From: Tubulanus polymorphus
Taxonomy: Eukaryota; Animalia; Nemertea
NCBI RefSeq assembly: GCF_964204645.1
Contig: NC_134025.1
Location: 9,052,001 to 9,116,000, forward strand
Direction of reading: 5' to 3'
Length of the DNA: 64,000 bases
The notes beneath the pieces were generated by a model. It saw only the letters and a program-made list of their open reading frames with translations. It was not told the DNA's origin and ran no database searches. The translations under genes were made by a program, and so were the position numbers. Shown one piece after another: positions 25,144 to 39,100 of this stretch (within the stretch, counting starts at the first letter, position 1; each line of letters begins with the position of its first letter).

Positions 25144-26669
25144 TTAACTCCAGAATGTGTAAGGGTTTGTTCGATATTTCTCGAGGCAATGTTGAGAACA
25201 TAGGAAGGATTCAGCCGGTGCATGCGTTCTGCCCATTTGATCGATGTTTACCACTGTTTCGGCGATTCGATGCAGATCTAACCTTGCGAGAAAATGAGCA
25301 AACGAACGAAAACAGTACTGTCCACATAAACACTGCTTTGCATTGTCTAACATATCCACTAGAGCTCCTGGCAAATCTTCCCGTGTATACATAATTCTAG
25401 AACAAAGAAAAGTGCAAATTAAATGTTTGAAAAAATTCCATGATTCAAGAAATGACAATACCTAAGTTTCTATTTCATCTACATACTTGTTTTTTTTTAT
25501 TGCTTTGGCCGCACATTCCAACAGCGTCATGGCTTCTAATCTTGAGACAACTGATGATGGCCCATCATCCATTAACGTATTGCTAAACAGATCTAATGAA
25601 CTTAAAGTCAACTTGGCAAAGCTTCCAGGGAGACAGCAAAGATTATTTTTTGTAGCTGAAAGGACTCTCAGGTTTGTCAAACTTCCGATTTTCTGCGGAA
25701 AATACATCAAACCATTCCTATCAATCCTGAATGAATACAGCGATGTCAACTGGCAAAAGCTATCTGGCAGAAATTTGATAGAATTTCCACTTAAATCCAA
25801 AACTGAAAGCGATTCACTCAGAGGTCCCTTGCATAATCCCGTAGGCAAACTGCTGATTTGATTGTCTACAAGATGGAGGCACTGAAGAGTTTTCACACTT
25901 CCAAAGTTCTCCGGTAAAGATTGAATAACGTTATTACTAAGATCTAAGTATTTCAGATCATATAATTGAAACATCCTTGTATCAATTCGCTTCAGTTTAC
26001 ATTGGGACACCTGCAGATGAATGAGCTCACGAGGAAATCCTTTCTGAACTGGGTAATCCTTTTTAGCTAATACTATCATCTTAGTTTTTGGTTTCTCGAT
26101 TTGTTTAGCGGAAGCTGGAGCAAGAGTGCTGAGCGCAGCTTTTGGTACATCTTTTCCAAGGCTGCCTAAACGAACCACTGACATGAAACTCTTAAGTTGC
26201 ACAGGATCGGCCTGAAACACAGAATAACTAAATAACCTGAACAATCTTGATATAAATTTTTAAGCACTGGTAATTTCATTTTACTCTAGTGGAATATATC
26301 TTACCTTACTAAGTATTATGTCATGCTGTGGCTCTTTGAATCTTATTGTAGCTTTCCCTTCATTCATAAATTTGTTAAAGAAATTCTCGATGTTACCCTG
26401 CAACTAAAAAGAAAATACCAACACATAAAACACCATATCCCACAGTGACATCCAAACTACAAAACCTCTGAACTGATATTTCATACCTTATACTTTTGTC
26501 CACTTCGGTCTTTTGAAGTACATATCATGAGGTAAATTTCTGAATCCTGTTGACTCGCACTCCCTGGCTTGCGTCCAACAGACAGCTGGGCTCTTGATTT
26601 ATTTTTACGTTTCATGTTAAACGACGGTAGAAGCCTGTTGGCAACTTCAGTATCGCATGTCAGCCGCAT
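25144..26669 (-). CDS. LRR1: Leucine-rich repeat protein 1 (CRL2 substrate receptor, PPIL5)
   Basis: N-terminus MRLTCDTEVANRLLPS, KFMNEGKATIRFKEP, LRR array, BC-box TLLECAAKAI and Cys-rich C-terminus; 4 coding exons. Confidence 0.92.
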
Positions 26670-27538
26670 TTCAATTATCTGAAAATATTATGAAACATTT
26701 ATCAATTTGCCAACAGTACACACCACAGCACAGTGGCTTGCCACGGATAAAACCAGTATCAATGACTTATCCCAGCCTGTAAAGTTAATATTATATAGGA
26801 ATTCTCAAATCATATCATCTGTTTAATGCAAATAAATTATGCTGATTTGAATTTTGATTGAAAGATTGCGGGTAGTAAACTTTTTCTAAGGCCTAGTGAC
26901 ATTTCCTTAGAGGAGCATTTACACATCTCAGGAGCTAGCTACCACTGGCACTATACCTTACAAGTTAATTTGTAGATAGGTACGTGGTTATTGCTGTTAA
27001 CTTAACTCTTCTGATGCACCTAAAAGCAGAAATTTCAAAACAGTGAACACTCGCGTGCTAGTAGTAGGGTAAATAGTTTGTTACAGCTGCTGCTAAACAG
27101 ATTCACGAAAAAGTGTTTTCTGTTCAAAAACGCAAAAACACATTTCTCTATTTATTTGTCTATCTGTATCGAATCTGTCTGGAACAAAAAGGTGTGGTTG
27201 ACTAGCTCATAACCAACGCCCCCTCCCGTTTGCCAAAAGTTAGGACTAATGCGACGATTTTACCAATACAAAGATTTTTAAATGTCACTTCCTGGTTTGG
27301 ACCAATACAATATAATATAATTTTATTGAAAAAAAAACTCATTTTACAACCGGCCGCTAGATCAAGACAATAAGGAATAATTCTCTCATTATAGAGTATA
27401 TTGTGGGCATAAGAATAATCAATTCTTCTCTTAGAAAGTTAAGCAGGCTTTATTTTTGTATATTACAGCCGGCAGTTAAATTATCCAGTTTCACTGTCCT
27501 CTGCACTGCAGTTACGGTTAGTACAGCTGAATACGAAG

Positions 27539-30269
27539 ATGTCGATTTTAGGAAGCGTTGTGAAGTCTACATCATACAATATTATTTTGCAGGTAGGCCT
27601 GTGTTACTCATCGGTTGTCAGTTAGTTTCACGGAAACTGGACCAGATAATCAATTCAACGTTTTGTTTTTGATTTCAGTTGGTTTTTCGCATACTGACAT
27701 TCATTCTAAATGCTTTTACGTTACGGCATATAAGTAGAGAAATGTTGGGAGTTGTAAACGTGAGGTGGGGACTCTTTTTTTGTCTTTTTTATTATTACAA
27801 TTATCAATGAAATATGAAATCAACCTTTCTGTTGTGTAATGCAGGCTTACGTTGTTGTATTCTACTACGATATTTGTGACGCGTGAAGCATTCCGTAAAG
27901 CTTGTCTCAGTAAGACCAAGGACAAACAGTGGAACCAAGTTATAAATCTTTTGTGGTTAACGTATGTTTTTAACTTTTTCATTGAGAGAAAATCAAGCAA
28001 AATTTAAGCATGAATTTCTAATATTAAATCGATACATGTATACAGTTGTATGTATTGTTTATTTTATAGGGTACCAATTGGAATTTTATGTTCGTCGATA
28101 TTTGCCTTAATTTGGTTGTTTATGTTTGAATTACCAGACTCGAATTCTGTGCCTCATTATCAAACAGCTGTGATATGTTTCGCTTTATCGTGCATTATTG
28201 AAATGGCTGCCGAACCTCTTTGGGTCATTGGTCAGTCCTTCCTTTTCGTAAGACTCAAGGTCAGTTAAGTCATTATAAATTTTTTTATGCTCTAGAGATT
28301 TGACTGTTAAATCAAAAAATTTATAGGCGTCTTAATTCAATTGCAGGTCGTTATTGAAGGAAGTGCTATTGCTACAAAATGCATATTAACCGTTCTCTTA
28401 GTGTTTTACTGGCCACAACTTGGGTTATATAATTTCTCCATAGCTCAGGTGAACTAGATGTTTTCGTGCACTTTTCTAGTAAATCAATTAATCAAATCAA
28501 TTATGCCCTTATATCACATTTTTTATTCTATTCTAGCTTGCGTATACCTTCGTATACTTGGTTCTTTATTATGCTTACTTCCTGTACTATGTGTCTGCAA
28601 CTGCTCCAAGTGAAAGAGCCAGAGATTTTCCATTCAACAATCTGTTAGAAATGTTGCCTCATAAAAAAGAAAATCAAGTAAGTGATTTTGTGCCATTTCA
28701 CCGTATTATGAATATTATTGTTTTTGATTACTATACTGCAATACTTATGAATGTTCCATTTTAGGCCTGGTTTGGAATGGGAACGGTCAAATTGACATGG
28801 AGTTTTTTCAAGCAATCAATTCTGAAGCAATTTCTCACTGAAGGCAAGTACATGATCAAGAATAATCGTCTATTCTTTTGCAAAATGTAAAATGATTTCT
28901 TTTTCAGGTGAAAAGTATGCTATGACTATATTTAGCATTTTGAGTTTTGGAGATCAAGGTGTTTATGATGTGATCAATAATCTTGGCTCACTGGCTGCGA
29001 GATTTCTATTTCTACCGATCGAAGAAAGTTGTTATCTGTTCTTTTCTCAAACTTTGACGCGAGGTGTTCCTGTCTCCAAACAAAATAAGGTATTGTCTTG
29101 ACAAATGTTCTATGGAAATTTACCAATAGTAACCATAGTGACATGAGTCGTATGTTTCTCGATGGATTGATTTTCACTGTAGATTTTGAATTTCTTGAAC
29201 AGGATTCAATCAATCTTGCCTCACAAGTACTCGAGCATCTACTCAAAGTTGTTACCTATATCGGTTTAACTATATTTACGTTTGGCTACGCGTACTCGTA
29301 TTTGCTACTGCATATATATGGAGGAGTGATTCTAAGTTCAGGAACTGGCAAGCTTTTCGATTCTTTATTCATTACTACTTCATTACTTCAAAATCAAACT
29401 TCAAAACTTTCAAAATCTAAATGTAACATCTTGTATTCCAGGACCTGTTCTTCTGAAATGGTATTGTTTGTATGTACTAGTGATTGCTATCAATGGTACA
29501 AGTGAGGGTTTTGTTTTTGCTGCAATGAGTCAGAAAGACGTTGATGGGTAAGTTTGCATGTCAAATTTAAATTTCATATGGGATTCCTTGAGTCAGGTCC
29601 ACAGTTGAGACTTAGACCAGGCTAAGTCTATATTGGTACTTGCTGATCTCTAAGAAATTCATAATACATAGATTTGTCATGTATTTTTAGGTACAATCAA
29701 AAGATGCTACTATTTTCCGTCCTGTTCTTATTAGCATCATATTACCTAGCGAAGATGCTTGGAGCTGTTGGATTTATCTTGGCAAATTGTCTTAATATGA
29801 TAGCTCGGATTATACACAGGTATACGCTTCACTCTGAAAAGTTTGCTGTGCCTGCTTTTGAATGTTATGTCAAATTGACAATTGTTTGATTTATTTCCAG
29901 CATTTATTACGTAAGCCATTATATGAAAGAGATGCCTCGCAGTCCATTAATAGGTCTACTGCCATCATTACCTGTCAGCTTGGTCTACTTTGCCGCCTTC
30001 GTTATTACAACTCTATCAGAGGTATGCCAAAAATTATTCTTCGATTTATGACTAGTTTTTGCTGATGAATATTGTCGAAACGTTTCTGTTTAATATTTCA
30101 GAAAATGTTCTGTTGCGATAAAGGTCTAAGCGGACAAGTTATACATATAGGAATCGGCGGAATTTGTCTTATGCTTGTGCTAATTACAATCTGTTTAAAG
30201 GAACAAAAACTGATCAGTTTCATCATGGAACATTACAGTAAGAGTAAACAATCAAAGAAGAAAAACTGA
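27539..30269 (+). CDS. RFT1: RFT1 homolog (Man5GlcNAc2-PP-dolichol translocation factor)
   Basis: [84 protein letters not shown] and [10 protein letters not shown]; about 13 exons. Confidence 0.95.
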
Positions 30270-31183
30270 TTGAATTAAAAGCTCAATCAAAACTAATGAA
30301 TCGATGATTGAATCTAGGGCTGGTGGACACCAAATGTTATTAAATTACTAAAATTTGTTTCTTTGTATTGTTTTAAGTTACCGGTATGACTGGCTTTGGT
30401 GTGAATTTCTAATATATTTTTATAGGAAATATACTTTTACCTTATTCCAAATTTCATTTGTGTGCATTCTATTTATCCACCTCATTAAGTGTTGTCTTTT
30501 GGTATTATCATTATTGTCATTATTCTATAGGTCAAAGATTATTTGTCATTGGAGAACGCAGTACTTTTCCAAAGCATCGATTTCTAAAATTCCACTATCA
30601 TCCTCACAAGAAGTAACAACATTACAGACACATGAGTTATTTAAGAATTTATTAATTGATAATATATTAATATACATATATATTCTAAATCTGATTGACA
30701 ATTTTTTAACAACACTTGCAACAATAAATATCAATGCATGATGAACTTTCTTTTAGATTGATGAATTAAATTCTCTGATGTTAATCATCAATAGGAATCA
30801 CTTTCCGATGCTGCAATCCTGAGTCAATGGTTTAGAACGATTTCAGATAAAACAGGAATGATATGTGAGCTCTTTATATTCTTAGTAATCCTGCACTACA
30901 AGTACATTGAGAAGCTGCATCCATATTTACTAGATACAAAGATAGTTTTGTAGACTTTGCTCTGGAAGATCATAATATGCAAAATAGATTTGTATATTTT
31001 TTTGTTTGAATTATAACATGTGTATTGAGAATGGCAACTGAATTATCACTTCGACATACATCCCCCTTGAAGTAGATGCGCTTTTCATAAATGAATGTAG
31101 CAGCAGAGAATACTATTTAAGCGCAAATGAAGAGGCATTTATATAGCTTGTCGTCCATAATATACACAAGGTTTTTTCATTCA

Positions 31184-32509
31184 TTAATTGAGAAAACGAA
31201 TGCTCATCTTTTGTTCAACATCGATAAGTTCCATTGCCTGAAAACAAAAATTCACAAAAGTAAATAAAAGATCTACGTATCATTTTTAGGGTAATCAGAG
31301 ATTGTTAGACACTGGGTATTTTGACAATTTCAGTTGCTCAAAAGTGGTTTGGTTTAACTACTAGAAATATTTACATACAGCAATGTAATATATGAGGCAC
31401 TTCATGTGATTTCTGCACCTCGCATAGAAGTCTCGATATGTTAATTATATTTACCTTAACAAACTCATCAAATGTGATTGCCTGGTTATTATCGGTATCG
31501 GCTTCGGCGATAGTTCTGTCAGCGATGCTACCCAACTGAAATTTAAAAGAAATTGACCTAGAACTTACTCGATCTTGCACAACACAACCGCTGTAATTTT
31601 TACTGACCTGTTCCTCGGAGATATTCGCACCAACCATCATGTGTAAAACAGCAAGTAACTCTTCCCTGGCGATCTTATCATCGCCATCTAGATCATACAT
31701 CTTGAAAGCAACTAGAATGAGAATGACACATTTGAGCAACTATAACATCTTATAGTAAGTCATTTTTCGCTCACAGATGTTATACATCAACAATGCAAAA
31801 TAAAGCTGTATGTAATTTAGATAAAATATGAGCTAGGATTAATCTACGACTGGTCGACTCACATTTTAATTTTTCCTCCCGACTGTTTAGTTTCATCATG
31901 CCATTTTCAATGTCTTTTCGTTCTTTGCGTTTTATAGGACGAAATCTCGCCAATACATTCATAAACTGTCTGAAGTTCACTTCTTCGCTGCTGTTTGATA
32001 GAATTCATAATTTTAGGTTTGCACCTCGCATAGCAGCAGATAACACGCGTACACACACACACAATCAAGAAGTCAACTTACTTTTCACTGAAGAAGGAAT
32101 GTACAATACGATCACCCAAAGGATTTATAGCCAGTTCAGGTATGCGGAGAAAGTCCTCTCGACTAAAAAATTTATCAAATGCAAAGTTGTTATCGCTGCA
32201 ACCCATAATTTTGATCAGATTTTTTTAGCAGTTTTTAATTTTAGGGTTGAAAAGCTTGTACCTCAAATAGCCATTATTTGCTTTATCCAGACTAGTGAAG
32301 CGGCTATATAGGCGAATAATCTGACTCCTTGAAACTGTAAGAGAACATTCATGCATTCATTTAAAAAAGCAAAAACTGTGCTGTGCCTGTGCCGGGGTGG
32401 CAGGCGAGGATTTTTCTGGAAATCAATTGCGCTCATACTTACACCCCGTTTCTTTCTGAATACTTTCAATTTCTTCAGGTTGGAGCATAATAGAAGATTT
32501 AGAGCCCAT
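31184..32509 (-). CDS. CHP1: Calcineurin B homologous protein 1
   Basis: Myristoylation-type start MGSKSS, RLYSRFTSLDK, REDFLRIPELAINPLGDRIV, FKMYDLDGDDKI, QLGSIADRTI and VEQKMSIRFLN*. Confidence 0.95.
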
Positions 32510-32788
32510 TTTGTCGGATTGTTGTTAACTAACAATGCTCAAAACATATCAAAATTAAACAAAGTAGTAATCAATATTTTGTTCAGAATTTCACTTCCGT
32601 GTTTTGGAATAATTGAATTGAATTGGACTAATCTAAAACGCGGATTCCAGTCCGATTATGAGTCCACCGGTACTGGGGCGACTCCGAATGCCAATCTTTC
32701 ATACGAGACTGCGCGCGGATAGAAGGAACCCGCAATATCGCGGCCGAGACTACAATTAGGCCTAGGCTACAATTAGTTTTTAGATATC

Positions 32789-35157
32789 ATGGCCTCAACT
32801 GCCCACGCAGCCACACTACCGGCGGCGGGTTCGAATATTGCCGCTGTCTTATATGGAAAAAATGATTTGCGAATTGTAAGTCCTTCATAACTACATTTTC
32901 CAATTTGAAAAAAAAACTGAAGTCTTTCAATACGAAAATCGAGAAATTCATTTCATAGATGCATTTATTTTCAGGAACATCGTCAAATTCCAGATGTTAC
33001 GGAATCGGGTGAGATTCATTGTTTAGGAAATTCAGAGAAAGCGCTAGTAAACGTAAAATGTATTTGAAACTCTTAGCTTTTGATTATATCTTGTAGATGT
33101 GCTTATTCGTGTTGCATATACTGGTATATGTGGAACTGACGCGCACTTATTAACTTACGCGCAACTTGGGCGGGATCTTATTCTTGATGGACCGATGGTG
33201 CTCGGTCACGAAGCAAGCGGGACTGTCATCGAAGTCGGATCGAAAGTCGAATCTCTAAAACCAGGTTCATTTTTTCAGTCAATCTACCAATAAGAACTAT
33301 CTGATGGTATTTGTTGATTTAATTGGGTCCTTTATTAGGAAAATATGAAATTATATATGTCACCCTTTGCCTTTCCCGAGTGGGCTTTTTTCAAGAATAC
33401 TGAAAGTATGTTATTTTATCCAGGGGATCGTGTAGCGATGGACAATGTGATATCATGTCTTAAGTGCTATATGTGTAAAAAAGGAAGACAAAATTTGTGC
33501 AAGCATCGTAGTTATGCCGGTATGCCCAATATAGACGGGAGCTTACAGTACATCGCTTTACATCCCGCAGGGTCTTGTTACAAGTAAGATCAGACAAATG
33601 AGTATAAAAATCCGACATACAAACGAAATCTATACATATGCAATGTATATGTGGTGTGTTGATTCTCTATAAAAAGATTCACTGTTATGAAGTGTCTTTA
33701 TCATTAGGTGTCATAGTCCATCTACTTCAGTTCGAACTTCGTGCTTTAACCATGTTTTAATCGACAATCAATTACCATTCGAAACGTTATTTCATTCGAA
33801 ACACGTACCCAAAAATACTTATCGCCGTAAATTACTCATTGTAGGAGAGATTAGATATTTCTAATAGGGGCTAATTTGAACTTTTTATATTTCATACTTG
33901 AGACTGCCCAATAATGTAAGCCTAGAGGAGGGTGCGTTGATCGAACCATTATCGATTGGAATCTTCGCCTGTGACCGGGGAGAAGTATCCGCCGGATCAA
34001 AAGTTCTCGTATGCGGCGCTGGTAAATCTTTATCTAATCTTTTTTAAACAGTTTCCATCGTGCGTGTTAAGTATTGTTATTCTCGGTCGAGAAGTCAAAT
34101 CGAGATTTTAAAGGCCCTACAAATTTCCTTAGATTGGTCACGTGAGCAAAATTTAAAAAAAGACTTGTCTTAGTAGATCTGAGTGAGCGTGTACTTGAAA
34201 ACGTTAAGTCAAGTGCCACCATTCAACTTGGTTTGAAAACGATTCTCGATGGCAATTTTTCATTCCTTTAGGGACGATCGGACTCGTGACAGCGATGAGT
34301 GCTATAGCTATGGGCGCTTCGCGAGTTTGTGTAACCGATGTATCACCGGAAAGATTGACCGCTGCAAGAAGAATCGTGAATTCCGTAAGTTTCCGTTCTC
34401 TTGCCGCAAACGTTAGGCCACCAAAATGAATGTTCAACTTTCATGTGACATAACAGCTGCGAAAGGGAAAGCTCGTTTTATAACGATGACAATCTACTTT
34501 TAACTAATGCAAACTCCTGCAATCTTTAGGTTGAAACCGTTCTAGTCGGGGGTTCAGATGAAAATGACGAGTCAAAGATATACGAAGCGCTTTGTGGACG
34601 ACCCGATATAAGCATCGAATGTAGCGGAGCCTATAGTAGTTTGCTACTATCAATTCAGGTATAAGGCGATACGTAACGAGATGTGTCACAGTCGTTTCTA
34701 CCGTATCCTGTTGAATAAAATATCCCATGAAATATCCACCCGTAGAATCCCGTATCTTCTTAACTCGCCTTTAATCGTCAGGTTACGGATGCCGGGGGTA
34801 CTGTAATTTTGGTCGGATTTGGCGAGGAGGGAAAAATAAGCGTCCCGATTCATGACATCATTCGTCGAGAAATCAGTATCCGTAGCATCTTTGGTCGCAA
34901 TTGCAAAATGTAAGCGTTGGATGATCATTTGTAAAATCGTTGGTGATTTTTATAATTGGGAATATATATACATGCGTATTTAAAATTCTAGCTATCCGAT
35001 GGCGATTGAAGCTGTGAACTCGGGAAAGATAAATCTGAAAGGGTTGATAACCCATCGACGAGATTTGCGCCAAATTCACGAAGCAATCGACATCGCCAAA
35101 ACTGGACGAGACGGTGCTATCAAAGTTATGATAAATGTCGAAAAGCTTCAAAATTAA
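32789..35157 (+). CDS. SORD: Sorbitol/polyol dehydrogenase-like zinc medium-chain dehydrogenase (divergent)
   Basis: [60 protein letters not shown] and AIKVMI; the spliced frame is open across about 10 exons. Confidence 0.8.
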
Positions 35158-36134
35158 AATCTATTAGGATGCTTTATGCTAATAAATTCTGAATATGCCG
35201 TGATGAGATAATGTTTGAGAATATTCAGAGATGATTATTAACAAGTTTAGATGGCAGGTTTTCGATTTTTTTGCGTTCGTTCTCTTCTTGTCGTTTTGTT
35301 ATATGTTAACATTTTAATGGTATTTGTGTAGAGCGATGATGATTGTCCCCGTGGTTACAGCAATAAAACAACTCGATCTCCAGAGATAGAAACGCGGCGA
35401 CACCTGAAACCAAACAGGACGACACTAAATCTTTCCCTTTTACATTGAACTGATCTCATGATTTGGGAATTTCAATTACGGATTTTAGTTTTTACGACTC
35501 ATAGAAGTTTAACTTAGCACCTTCTTGTTTATTACTTCGGGAAAAATAAATAGATTCGCTACGTATAGATAATCTTTGGTTTCGTTCTGGATTGATCGTA
35601 TTAGCCTATGCGTCATGTAAAAACGACATATCTATTCAAGAATTTGGAAATCACTTTAGAAAAAACGAATTTTCTGCATATTTTACGGAATGCCATCTCG
35701 AGATCTAAAATACGCGCGCGTGCTAGTGCATGTTCATAACACGAAATTAGATTAGACCGATAGACTCTAGAGTCCATTGATAGACAGATTTACTTCTAAC
35801 ACGGTGACAGGTTGCGATGTCTACCGAGATTATCAATTAGATACGGAAATCCCTGGGTGATTACTGATTGCGTTGATATAGCGGAACATCTGAGAAAAGC
35901 CCGTTCAATAATGCATAAATCAATTATTTTGGATAGTAACTTGGTTCACAAGTAATCAGGGTAATGCATGGATAACACACACCGTCGCGTTATGTGTAGA
36001 CTGGTAAAACAATATATCGGAAAATACAAGTGCGAATTTTTGAATATTTGATGAATCGACTGTGGAGATAGACAGACAGTCAGAAGGAGAGACAGATAGA
36101 TCGTAACAGGCGTATATAACCCCTCACATAAGCG

Positions 36135-39100
36135 ATGGCTCACAACAACAACCAAACAAAGGATGGAGAAATTGGAAATTCCAGAAATATGTGCACTCCA
36201 ATTGAAGAAGAAATGGAACTTGAAGTGGATAGTGATGCATTTGATACAGATCTGGAAATGGATTTTCCGGAAAAAGGTACGCATCGCATCATTGTGGTAG
36301 AACAAAATCCCGAATGGTTTTTGATTTTGAACTCAGCTGACTTATTTGGAAAAAAGTTTTCGTAATGATTTGATTACATGTTCCATACGCACCCAATCAA
36401 TGTCTAAGATTATATAAAAGCTCGACCCATTTATTTCTTTTCAATAGTGATGGGCTGAGTCATTAAATGTGTTTTTCTGTCTCGTGGCAACTCGATTCAG
36501 CGAAAACGATGGATGCTTTTGATAAATTTACCCAATCTCTCCGAGCAATTCGATCAAATATCATAGCGCATGCCGAGAGCTTGAATATTTCAAATACCAG
36601 GCTATTGAGAAATATTCTTTTCGCGTTCGATCCGGTAGTTATCTATGATTGATTGAATTCTTTCAGCCTCGAATATTGATGTTTTTGAGATAAGGATTTT
36701 TCGAGCAGGGCTCGACTCGTGTGTTCAACGTCTACAATATATACCGAAATTAAAAACGACGCCGTATAGTCATAAATTCTATATCGCTTCCTCGTGATTT
36801 GACGGCTCCGATTGTATAGTGATCGGCCTCGCCATTTCAACGATAGTCACTAGAATGAATTCAATTAGATTTAGTCTTTTTCAAGTAATTTTGTCATTTC
36901 TATGTAAGAATCGACTTAGAAGCTAGAAGCCATTTTATGTACCCAAAATGAGTATTTTGTTCATAATTATTTCATATATTATAGTGTCATTGATTAAGGG
37001 TCAATGTTGTATATTTCTTCCATATTTTTATGTTTTTCAATGTCTCTCACTTATTCAAATAATCAATGTTGCAGCTATAAACTATGAAGCTGGCTTGGGT
37101 CTGTTAGAATACGGTAAATCGTGTGATAAGCTCTGTATTCCTCGACAATCGTACATCAGCCACAACTTATCCAGCCCAAAACTCAGTATAAAACATAGGT
37201 CCCTCGGTGCGAAGGGAATACAAGCTTTATCAACAGCCCTCGCGGTAAGTTACATAAATTAATGAGGAGAGAATCCCACAATGATAATAAAAAGTCCGAA
37301 AATGAAACTTCGAGATAGTAGTTTATTTCAACGTTTCGACTATATCCTAATAGTCATCTTCAGGAATATTGTGGGATTCTCTCCTCATCGCGTCAACACG
37401 GATATTGTGTTCTACCTATCGTGTACATAAATTAATCCTATCACCAAAGTGCCGCGCACCAACTTGGGGTGGTGTATCATTTCTGGTACTATTTATTAAA
37501 CAAACTTAATCTCACTTCAATTTCTAAATAGAAAAATACGAGGCTGGGAGAATTAGATCTCAGTGACAATGGAATAGGACAAGAAGGCGTAACCAAGATT
37601 GCTTTGATGATACATGAAAATCAATTCATTACGCGACTGGTAAGTTTAGGTCCTTGGTAAAATTTAAACATCAATCTCAATTGCTGTTATTGAAGATTAT
37701 CATGCATAGGCTTCGACTTACCCAGTCTTCATAAAATTCTACTATCGAGTTCCTCAACAACCGAGCTACAATTTTGGAGTTAACTGATGATTCCATCCAT
37801 AATTTGATGTAATGCCGTTAAAGAATATATTTTTTGTATACTATTACGAATTGTATTACGAAATGACGTAACACAACAAGAAATTTTTCAATTTGGCAGG
37901 ATTTATCCAACAATCAGTTGAGCAACGAGGGAGCAAAAATACTTGGCCAAATGCTTCAAGAAAACAGAGTTCTTACGTATTTGAATTTGTCCGGTAAAAT
38001 TAAATTGCGCACATCTTAAAATTATCTTCTAATAAAATACATAATTTTCTTGTTCGCGTAAATATTTTGTATTTTACAGGAAATAACTTCCAGGAAAGTG
38101 ATGCTACGTTTATAGCTACTGGAATTGAGGTAAAATAGGAACACCAATTTGCATAACAAAACCAGTCAAGGAATCGAATTGAAAGAAAGGTTTATTTTTC
38201 TGTTTAGTTCAATGAAAGATTAGTGGAGCTCGACGTCAGCCACAATAACTTCTCAGAAGATGGAGCTATGCACATAGGAAAGGCCTTAGGTAAGAAAAAT
38301 GATAAAAATACCATACAAAACATATTTTTGAAAGTTTAACGACGTGTATGTATCATATTCATTTTCAGGGACGAACCCCTTACTGAAAAAATTGAATCTG
38401 GGTTGGAATCATATTCGACGGAAAGGTGCAGTGACCATCTGTAAAGGTCTAGTCGTAAGCATTAGAGATAAGACTTGAGGGAAAAGAAAAGGTTCAATAC
38501 GAAAGCTTTTCAGATGTTTAATATTGGACTAAGGAATTTGGACTTATAATAATACATATCTAAGCCCTTGTGTAAAACGAACATACATAAGATAGGTTAT
38601 GTCTTAATTGTACATCGATAGATATTGGTGTATCTCTTTTGGTTTATCCATTCATTTCAGAAAAATGACACACTGACAGAAATAAATTTATCATGGAATG
38701 GGTTCGGTTACGAGGGGGCCTTGGCACTGGGCCAAGCTTTGAAAAGGAATAAATGTCTAATATCTCTGGATATTAGTAATAACCGCATCAACTGGCAGGG
38801 GGCAGTTTTTATATCATCTGGGCTTCAAGTTAATCCTACTTTAGAAACACTGCGGGTAAATATATATTTAACTAGCTGTGTTTTTTTATCTTAAATACTC
38901 AAACAGTGAAGAGAAAATCGAAATATTCAATTGTTTACAGATCGGAACGAATCCGCTAACCACAACTGGTTGTATGGATATCATAAATGCTATATCGCAC
39001 GAGGAAAGTGCAATATCATACCTTGATTTGACAGTAAGTGTTTTAGATATCACTCCAGTGTACACATTACGTGTCCAACCGTAAAAATAAAATCGAACAA

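Noticed and set aside
30055-30095. CTGATGA...GAAACGTT hammerhead-like string in the last RFT1 intron
   Set aside because: Both boxes are present but neither stem I nor stem II can pair; probably chance or fully decayed.
32629-32752. Possible TAG-ended MITE in the CHP1/SORD promoter
   Set aside because: The left terminus is too degenerate and there is no TSD.
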